A DNA stretch of 64,000 bases from Antedon mediterranea (Eukaryota > Animalia > Echinodermata): positions 11,284,001 to 11,348,000 of the forward strand of contig NC_092671.1 in NCBI RefSeq assembly GCF_964355755.1, read 5' to 3'. Positions 54,722 through 64,000 of this stretch are shown piece by piece; positions within the stretch are counted from its first letter, which is position 1; each line of letters begins with the position of its first letter. The translations under genes were made by a program, and so were the position numbers. The notes beneath the pieces are model-generated. The model searched no databases, had not been told where the DNA came from, and saw only the letters and a list, made by a program, of their open reading frames with translations.

Positions 54722-57700
54722 TTAAATAGCTTGTTGCACTTGACTCAGTGTCATATGATGACCGTTGTTAACGTGTTGGTGGTAGTTCTGTTGAGGTGAC
54801 ACTTCAGTCTGCTGTGGGTACCAGCCGTATTGCTGTTGGTGAGGCCCATATGAACTCTGCGAATGCTTTAAGTTGGCTCTCATTTCCCATGTGTCGGGTG
54901 ATGCTCGTTCTTCGTCGAGTTGTGTCGTTGAGTGTGCTTTATGAGGTGAGCCTAGGGGTGGAATCTGCTGCTGTGTTGTCGATGGACTCTGTTTGCTGTG
55001 CGTTATTTGTTGATGACGAAGCACTTTCTTGTATTTTGATCTTCGGTTTTGAAACCAAATTTTAACCTGTAAAGAAAGAAAAATAAATGAAACATTAAGA
55101 AATCAAGACTTTAAGTTTAAAAAATAAGTTTAAAATATAAAGGCACTTGGTTGTTTATGCTATTATAAATAGTGTACATTTTTTTGCTTTCTATATTTAG
55201 TTTTAGCATTTTAGTTATAAATGTATTTTTACAAATAATGGTTAATAGTTTTAAATTTGTATAGCGCAAATTACAAATAGTCTCTATGCGCAATATTTCG
55301 TTTCTTTGGATGCTGTACTTTTAGCAGGTTATTATTACTATCAATTAATATCTGGCGACCTTGACGCGTGAAGCTAATACACTATTTGGTTTTGTTCAGA
55401 AACACGTTTTTATTAAAAGAAAATAACATAGAACAGCAACAACCTAGAGTTCATTGTATACCAAAATTCTAAGCATGTTGAATAGATTCTATAGAAAGAA
55501 CACAGAAATAGGAACAATGATCATATCGTGCGCTTCCTCAAGGATGCGAAAGCTACGTTCTCATGACTGACCATGCGATAATAGATACAAGCTACCTTCA
55601 CGCATATTGTCAGCCCCTAGCAAGGTTTAAGGCCAGGGCAATATACCCTGATAGGGTTCAGTAAGAATAATAAAGGGTGCTAAAGTGATTGCTTTTCTTT
55701 TTCTAATCCACGCGTTCTTTGAATGATACATATTAAGTTAAATTGTTACGAAGTAATTATTGATAAAACAATTAATGTAATAATAGATAACATTATGATA
55801 TAATTATATATTGACAACAATAATTGTATACGTTAATTATATTTCAATACTGTATTATTAATATATAATTACCAGTACTTGTATTCATTTTATCGATACT
55901 GTAACGAGAACACTTTTTAGATTAATAAATACTATCAATGATAGCCTATACTTTTTTAAATGTTGTCAGTTATATTGAAAGTGTAACTTTTACTTTCAGA
56001 TTTTTAAGTAAATTAATGACGAATGTGTTTGTATAGCTATTATTGATTATACTGTTTGATTAAATTGCCTAATTTTGACATTAAACCACAGATATGGACA
56101 AAAGTATACAATATTGTAGGCGGATTTGGATTTTGTTTCCTCAGCTTAGGCCTATTACTGTACCTCTAAAAAGGCAGCAGTCCTAACTCTCTGCGCAGCT
56201 GAAGATAACACTAAAGCAGTGAGCAGATTATATCATACGCGTGTCTCATTAATTAACGCATTTCAATAAGTCAAGTAATTAGCCAATTCATTACTTGATT
56301 CGGTCTTTCTCATTAACATTTCAGTCGCTTTGTGCTGCCTCTTGAGTCGGTAAATGACTCCAATCCGAAGAGCAACAGGTGGTCACCTGATCGTTCTAGG
56401 CTTCTTATGAAGCCCCGCGATGCAATGTTTTCAGAAGTGGCGTGAAGCACGGTTAAGCATTACATCAAGCGTGTATGTGACGTCTGCCGCACCACGCATT
56501 ACGTAATGTCTCCTTTCTTTTCAATGAAGAGAAGGATGCTTAATTTAGCCTATGATACTTAGCGTGTATCTAACAAAATGAATCAGTATCTCAAGGGTTT
56601 TTAAGTCTTTGATTTGTCTAGTAGTAATTAAACGATGATGTTTGAATTTAACAAATATTTGTCAAATTAATTACAATTAATTGGAATTTCGTTATCTTTA
56701 CAAATAGGGCAAATTTAAGTGAGTGTTTATAGGTTATATAAGAAAGTAACATACTAATATCGTATAACTAACCAATTGAATTTTGTATTTGTGTTGTGGA
56801 GTAAAAATATTATAAACACAAATAATAGTTATCCAGCATAGAATACAATGGTTTTCTTTAAGCAGAATTCAATTCTTAAGATAGACACGTTTCTTCCGAT
56901 GGAGTTGAAAATACTCTAAATGTATTGTTTAACAAAAGACGGAAAGGTTCATTGTCCGATATAAAATAAGTAGGACAACGACGTCGCCTTGCAATAATTT
57001 TGTTCTCATTGTTTAGGCCTAAACGAGGTAAATATGTTCTATTGTATAACTTTTTTTTATTATTAAACTTTGTTTAATTATGAGACAATAGTTAGAAAAA
57101 CATTATTAAAAATTGTCGTATCATAATTATCAAAATGTATAATAAACACTCCAATAATTGATACAAAAATAAACATTGAAAATGAATGCAATGAGCTCAG
57201 CGAAGAGATTCAAAGTATATGCGCGTGTATCGTAGCGTTTTATCAGCATTTTAAGGCGCGCGTACACAACCCGTAACGATCCATCTGAATTTTAACACGC
57301 GTGTGTTGCATCAATTCATGGTGCGGCCGACATCAACTGATGTGGATATTTGTTATGCCCGTGTTGGTGTTAGCGAATAATTGTGGCAATTGTAGTCCCG
57401 TTAGTGTGGAAACTGGTGATTATTGGACCGGTAGTGACCCACTGGAAATGTCGTTACTTGTGTCGTAGTCAGTACCGTGCGGAGTGTTATTGGTAAAGAT
57501 TATTACTGCAAATTATTGGAGTCAGGTCCTTTGTAGGAGGCTGGGTGCTTACTTTTATTGGTACCGGGAGTGGAATGTTGTCGATGCTTGTGGTATAGTG
57601 CTATGACTGTGGCAGTTGATGTTGTATACGGTGCCGGGTACTGGTACAGTAAATTATTGGAGTCAATGACATCGAAAAGCTGTGTCGCGTGCTGTCTGAT

Positions 57701-60700
57701 TTACTTTTACTTTAAGAACATAGGATACAATCAAAGCTGCCAGCGGCAGAGAGACGTTCTGTCTTAAGCATTAGACTACATAGACTTGTTTACATAATGA
57801 AATACACAATTCCATTTGTTTCATTAAGTCATACTAAGAACTGCTGTGATCTCTGTCAAGACGAGTACAAAGCGTATTATCCAAGACTAAAGCATTGTAA
57901 TAATGAATTCAATTAAATTGGTTACCAGTAGGCCTACTTGTTACCCTCATTGTTAAATTTCAACTAACAGAATGTAGCATGTCCTTATTTTTTTTTTGCC
58001 CTAATTTTTTAATAATAGTTGAATTGTCTTCGAATTTATTCGGATTCAATTTGATTTTGATCACATTTAAGTGTGTTGTATTGCAGCGTCAGAATATCAT
58101 TTATATATTAATCCCATCAATTGATATTATTACTATTATTGAATGTATGAGTTTTGATCTTTTCTTTTTAAAAATAATTATACATGTAGTATTTTTTTAT
58201 TCTATTTGTTGTGAAATATATTGTAAAGAAAATTACAAGATATATTTAAAATGTCAACATATTTCAATAAGTTAGGCAGATGTTTTATCCATAAGAAAAC
58301 AGTGTTAAAATAAAGAACAATTAAACCAGTGGGCTTTATCCGATCAAATCAACAGAGAAAATGCACATGTTACATAGTCGTTAACAATAATTAAAAATAG
58401 TAACAGCAATCATAGGGGTTGGGTGGGAATTATGTTAAATGGGGAACGAACAAAGTGTCCCTTTATAAGTGGTATCCCCCGTGGCGGCATGTGTTAAAAC
58501 ATATTGCCCTTTGTTCGTCTGTCACGGGAAGTGTATACCCTTCATTTAATAGGTGTCCCAAAAATGGTTCTAATGTATATTCATGGCCCTATAATTATTA
58601 ATTAAAGTAGCATTGTTCGTTATGATTTTTTGGAGACATCAAATAAAATGAATATACAGTTCGAATTAGATCGATTCAACTCGTTAAAGTTCTATGAACT
58701 TGTTTCCTTAGGTCTGTATGACGTTTACACCATGGAGGATTTATTATTATTATTTATTGCCAAAAACAAGTTACAAACACACAGAAACTAAGGGAGTAGG
58801 CAGGAACCTAAAAGTGAACCTAATCACTATAACAAGAGTTCAGGTTCCGTACTCCCAAAGTAACAACTATGATATATAATAAACTATATAAAAATATTTA
58901 TATTACAAATAGACCAATCAACAGTGTCAATATAAACTTATATAAAGCTCAATTAAAACGGAGACTAACACTTGACATTCTCATGACATCAGCTATTTCA
59001 TTTCATTGAAAAAATAGACACGCCTGGTCAAAAAAGGAATGTTTGAAATGATGGATAGCAAACGGAAAAAGAAACAAATAGATACAAAATCAATATAAAA
59101 TATCGGAATTCACAATGTAAGGAAATTAAGTACAGAAACTGTAAAAAAAAATCTTCTGTTGTTGAACGATTTTTGTCGTTTTGTATAACAAAAGAGAGCA
59201 ATGTTACCGGTAGGTTTAATTAATTCATTAATTAAAACTGTAGGTCTAAATGTACAACAGGTGCCGCGTCGGTATTCCGTGACAGACGATGATTTGAATT
59301 GTTACTGCTGCAATATCTGTCGCACTATTTACTACCTGGTATTGTCCGTAAATTAATTCGTTTTCTAATTTTACATATTTTAAATAAACATTGTATGTTT
59401 GTATTGTTATTTGGAATAAACTATGCATTTCACCTCATAGCATGTTGTAATAAACATGTTTAGTTTTAGCAATTTGAATCACCAATCGAAAGTGTTTTGT
59501 TATAATTCGTGTCATATACTAGGTTTTTAGAATATACAGCACAACTCACCTATTCAGGGGACATCCATAAAAGGAATGTATGTTTTTATACACAGTGTAC
59601 ATCCCTTAAATAGACAGTTTTCCTTGAAACGAATTAAGCATATTGTGTGTCTTAACATTACGACCAACCACTATTTTCACGGGACACCCACATTAGGAGG
59701 ACGACTTGTTTGGTTCCGAAATTGTCCCCTTAATATGGGTTCTATTGTATTGTCAAAATTGCATCGCCAAGGTATTGGCCTATTACTGGTACAAAGCTAT
59801 TCAGGGGAAATCCTATTGAGGAAACATTCGGGCGGTGTGTTTTAACACTAAAACCAACCCCTCTATTTTTTATGAGACTTCGTTCCAAAGATGTACTCTT
59901 AATAGGGTTCGAAGTCAATCTACTAATTTCTTTCAAACAGTAAACGAACGATATTAGTACTATACAGAGAACCCCAATACCTTCGTTAACCAAGTTCCCC
60001 CTTATTATGGATATCTTTTGAAGTGCGTGCCCCAAAAAAAGATTGTAATGTCAATCTAATACCGCCCTTTCACACCAAAAACAAAACTCCGGTGTTTTGG
60101 TGTGAAAGGCACAATCAAACAACTCCGGAGTTCAAAACATTGGGGATTGAACAGCTGAACATGTTCTCTGGAGATCACAGCGGAGTTTTGGTGTGAAAGG
60201 GGTATAAGCATTAAAGTAACTTTACAAAATAATTTGTTTACCTGTGTTTGTGTAAGACCTAAGGATGCCGCTAATTCTGCTCGTTCTGGTAGGGCTAAAT
60301 ACTGTGTTAGTTGGAACCGTTGGTTTAATTGCTGCAATTGGATATTGCTGTAAATAGTTCGAGGTTTTCGTATCTTCTTTCCTTTGTGATTTAACTTTCC
60401 CTTTAATTCAGTTTTATCATCAGGACATACTGTATGAAAATACATCATATTAAAGGATATAAGAATATTCAGAAATACAATATTGATATTTTTTATTTTA
60501 AAAATGTTACGAATACGATCACAACTATATACAATTTATAAACCATAAACTAAATGACTTTTATTTAAAATTGGAAAAATTGATCACAGAATAAATATGT
60601 GTAGGCCTAATGATGAAAAATTAATTATTCAAGAAACCTCATTATAAAACAAATTTCAAGTCAGTCAAGTCAAGTAAATTTATTGTCATTTGTAAACATA

Positions 60701-61161
60701 TAAAAAACATTTACATTGAAATGAATTTGAACGGTTTCGGCTAACACCAAATAAATAGAACTTACATGGTGAAACTATCTCCCGCCGGACACCATACACA
60801 ATACATGCTTAGGCCTAAATTAGTTTTAAATTAATTATTATAATCTCTTACCGTCAGTTGTAGGACTTGGTATCGGACAAACGTTCGGATAAGTATGATG
60901 GCGGTGAGAATTCATTGGATTCATTGAAAACGGATAACCTATGGAACGCGGGTGTTGCATAGAAGCAGCCGAAGGGTACGGATGACCCTCGTGATGAGAC
61001 TGCGGTGGTCCAGTTGCGCACCTCATACCGGGTGGGGGTATATACTGATGCGGGTTACCTGACCCATACGGTAGCTGCGGTGATTGCATCTGTTGAATTT
61101 CCATGAACGCTGATTTTGGGCAAAATGAATGTTCGTAGCTGTCTGCCATAATGTTCATCAT
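54722..61161 (-). CDS. Dlx: Distal-less/Dlx homeobox protein; 3 exons, about 280 aa
   Basis: Exon 1 (61161-60852) has the N-terminal KSAFMEIQQ Dlx motif. Exon 2 (60429-60242) reads [48 protein letters not shown]. Exon 3 (55066-54722) reads [14 protein letters not shown]...YGWY. Introns are GT-AG and in frame, and the homeobox intron is at the usual TQ|VKIW position. Confidence 0.97.
59534..59770. mobile_element. Degraded Tc1/mariner-like MITE family (ctattcaggggacac motif)
   Basis: Begins ta|cag and carries repeated aggggacac/gtgtcccct motifs. Related fragments are at about 42190-42272, 45735-45925, 46560-46650 and 58440-58580. Confidence 0.45.
60060..60204. mobile_element. PIF/Harbinger-like MITE, family C, in Dlx intron 2
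   Basis: taa|taccgccctttcacaccaaaa ... ttttggtgtgaaagggggta|taa shows TIRs of about 21 bp with a TAA duplication, plus an internal third copy of the TIR. Confidence 0.75.
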
Positions 61162-61380
61162 TGTGATCCGATGGTGTGGTGATCCTGATGTTTCACTGTA
61201 AACTGATATAACGATTCTAAAATCACATAAAGGCCCCTACAACACACATAAAATCTCTGTTTTGTGGTCTGAACCGGTAGACTATTTGTTTGTATCTTCA
61301 TTGACAGCAAAAGTGCATTTGCTTTTTGTACTCTCGACAACAATCCGTCTATTCTTTTTGTCATTCATTGTGTTAGCCCG

Positions 61381-61420
61381 TTGATTGACATCAAAGCTCC
61401 GCCCCTTGTCTAACAATCAG
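61381..61420 (-). promoter_or_regulatory. Candidate Dlx proximal promoter: TCF/LEF site abutting a GC box
   Basis: acatcaaag (61388-61396) is directly followed by ctccgcccc (61397-61405), about 230 bp upstream of the ATG. Motif match only. Confidence 0.45.
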
Positions 61421-63711
61421 CAAATCAAATTCGTTGTTACTCAATATCAGTTTTAACAAACAAATGTATTATCGTAGAATTTCAATGATATTATTTTAGT
61501 ACATTATTTAATATTTTAAAAAGCTGGATTATGATACTATTTGGCCATGATCTATTCCTTGAACCATAAAATTTTACTTTTCAAACTTAATTATGGTTGT
61601 ACTGTACACATATTGTTATATTAGAACCTTATTTCCGATGTCAATCAATCCCAGCATTTTCAAATATTGATTGATGAGAATGAAATATAATTATTGATAA
61701 AAAAAATATGTAACCATGTTATTTATTAAGATATACAAATAATATCCGACAGTACATAAGTATCAATAACAAAACACTGATAATCAATAACCATTTTCGA
61801 TATCAATAAATCATTGTACAGTTTTGTTTTTTTTATATGGATTTATATGAATCAGTTTTAGTTATTGATAAAACAAATATTTTTTAATTCCTAGAAATAT
61901 CTGAAATGTACATAAGAATGAATAGAAATAATAATCAATACAATCATTTAAATAAAGGGGTCCGGTGATGGGCTTAAATATTATGTATTGTTTCCCCCAC
62001 CCTCAACACATGTTCTGTTTGATTTTGAGCATTCTGAAAAACCGTCTTTTTTAGGATTTAATTTTATTTTCTAATCAATTATATTTATTTCAACTAAATA
62101 GCAATAATAATTATTCGACGGTATTATTATCGATTCCCCCACATTGGTTTAATAATTCTTTTATTTACAAATTTGCAAAAAAGTACACACATTTAAAGAA
62201 ATTTTTGGACAAAGATATTCAGAAAGATGTTCTGTTCTTTTTATAAAAGGGATTAAGAGAAGAATACAATATAGCCTAAGCGATAGACTCGAAGAATAGA
62301 CTCGGTAAAATCTAACTAAAGTTAAGTGTTGTAAATCTGACGGCGCCAGGTAATAATGGGGTGTTCGCGAGCCACAACCTGATGACGTCACATTGAACAT
62401 TAAAAAAAATAAATCAACATTGTTGTTTTATTTTTATGAGCTTTCAAAATAAATATGGGTTTCTTGAGAATGTATCCAATGTTTACGATCATTTTCTTAG
62501 AGCATAAAGAATTATTATCTTCCGAACAAACATAAAAAAAGAAGATTTTGAGACTTAAACCGAAAAACAATAAGCAGAATAAGTTGTATGTTTATTATGC
62601 TAAGAACAAAGGTTCGAATATCATCAAGTTTGGCACCTGGTGTATTGAAAAGGGCGTGGTTTAATGGGTACCCGTTTAATTAATGGTACGCTTTGTGACA
62701 TAACTTTAGGTGTGTATTTACTTTCTTCTGAATTTCATCAGTAAAATTGTCAGAGGGGCGTTGGGAGGTGACCAGGTGTCTTTTCTCGTGTCGGGTCCCG
62801 TCCACAAATATGGTGAGGTACCATGGTGATCGATGTACTACATTTTGGCTACGATTGGATGAGGATCACTTTCCCATAGTCTATACTATATTTATAGGTA
62901 TACATTACTAATCGTATTTTTGTCCATGTTGACACCAAATGTTAATTGCATTTTTAATTAATGCATTGAAAATCAATGATGAACTCTTATGACCTATCAT
63001 TATACCTACTTGATTAAATCGGTGGCTATGTAGCCTTTGTTGAAAAAGTAGTTTAATATTAAGTGGGATCATTACAAAGATAGGCCTAGATTTGTCTAGC
63101 CGTCCGGCTACTTGTCGATAACGGCTTTTGATTCTATGCAAACCCCATTTTAACCACACAGTTTAATGTTTAGATGTATTGTTTTAGATGGGTAGTCAAA
63201 TTGGTGCCACTTGGATCGTTGGATATTGTAAATACCCTTGTCGGCCGGTTGGTCTTTTAGTAGCCCTAATCATCTATTGTGTTATATGATCGATATCACT
63301 TAACTTTCTTAACGTTACCCGACATGCAATCCTAAACCCCCTTCCTCTTAGAACACTTTGAAATCCAGCGGTGGATTAACATTTTGATCGGTCCATTGAT
63401 GAATTAGATATATCTAAATTGTTGTCTTCGCAGGTATTGTTAGATAATGTCTATACAGTACCAACAGTGTGCCTAGTATACTTGTTTTAAGATAAGCTCC
63501 TATTTAATCACCGATAATTCATTGTTAATTGACAAACTTTACAGAAACATTTACAATAATTATCAACAATCAGTTGACTTTAGCTCTTTGTTATAAAATA
63601 TCGCGAATGTGTTCTATAATTACATAACAGTTTAAATGTTACCTCATTAATATTACTCTCCAGGTAAACACCAACTGATTTTATACGGCAGTACATAAGT
63701 TTAAATGTATC

Positions 63712-64000
63712 ATTTTATTATTTATTTATTTTATTTTATTTCTTTAGGCAATGTGGCCAAGGATTACCAATAGTAAATGTATCACTGTCCTATCAGATAG
63801 GCCTGATACAGGGGCTATTTTGTGAACCAGTTCCCCAGCGTAACCCCCTACTCTTTTCGAATAATGAACTGGGTTCTTTAAAGTGCACACAGGTTATAAC
63901 TGTGTACACTGGACCTACGGTTTATAGTCCTTACCCGAGAAGACTTGTTCCTCCACCAGAACTAGGAGCGAGTCGGCCTCGAACTCTTACCGATGTTGTT
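63712..64000 (-). mobile_element. tRNA-derived SINE, probably Nin-domain type; the 5' head runs off the window
   Basis: The minus strand has a B-box-like gagttcgag, then aagtcttctcgggtaaggactataaaccgtaggtcc ... taaagaacccagt..ttcgaaaagagtagggg and an (AATAA)n tail. The central segment resembles the Nin SINE domain as I recall it. A second copy is at about 18350. Confidence 0.7.

Noticed and set aside
58730-59040. Possible second LINE 3' remnant on the minus strand (also about 1440-1548 on +)
   Set aside because: Only an AT-rich tail and a faint peptide resemblance are visible, which is too degraded to call.

Overview
This is AT-rich (roughly 30% GC by eye), intron-containing animal genomic DNA, not prokaryotic. 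It is most likely a non-vertebrate bilaterian, because it carries a Nedx gene, a family lost in vertebrates; a marine deuterostome is my guess only. Five spliced genes can be rebuilt with canonical GT-AG junctions and continuous reading frames: HDDC3/MESH1 (-), Canopy CNPY1/2 (-), and three ANTP-class homeobox genes, Nedx (-), engrailed (+) and Dlx/Distal-less (-). The three homeobox genes lie within about 48 kb with no other recognisable gene between them, which looks like a compact remnant of the ancestral ANTP 'SuperHox' cluster. The Canopy-engrailed linkage echoes vertebrate EN2-CNPY1. The non-coding DNA holds several MITE families, SINE and LINE remnants and minisatellites. It also shows a strong excess of short TA-flanked motifs (TAGGCCTA, TACCGGTA, TACAGTA and related) that may be transposon excision footprints or a recurrent binding motif. 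All coordinates and counts were read by eye; no database searches were run.
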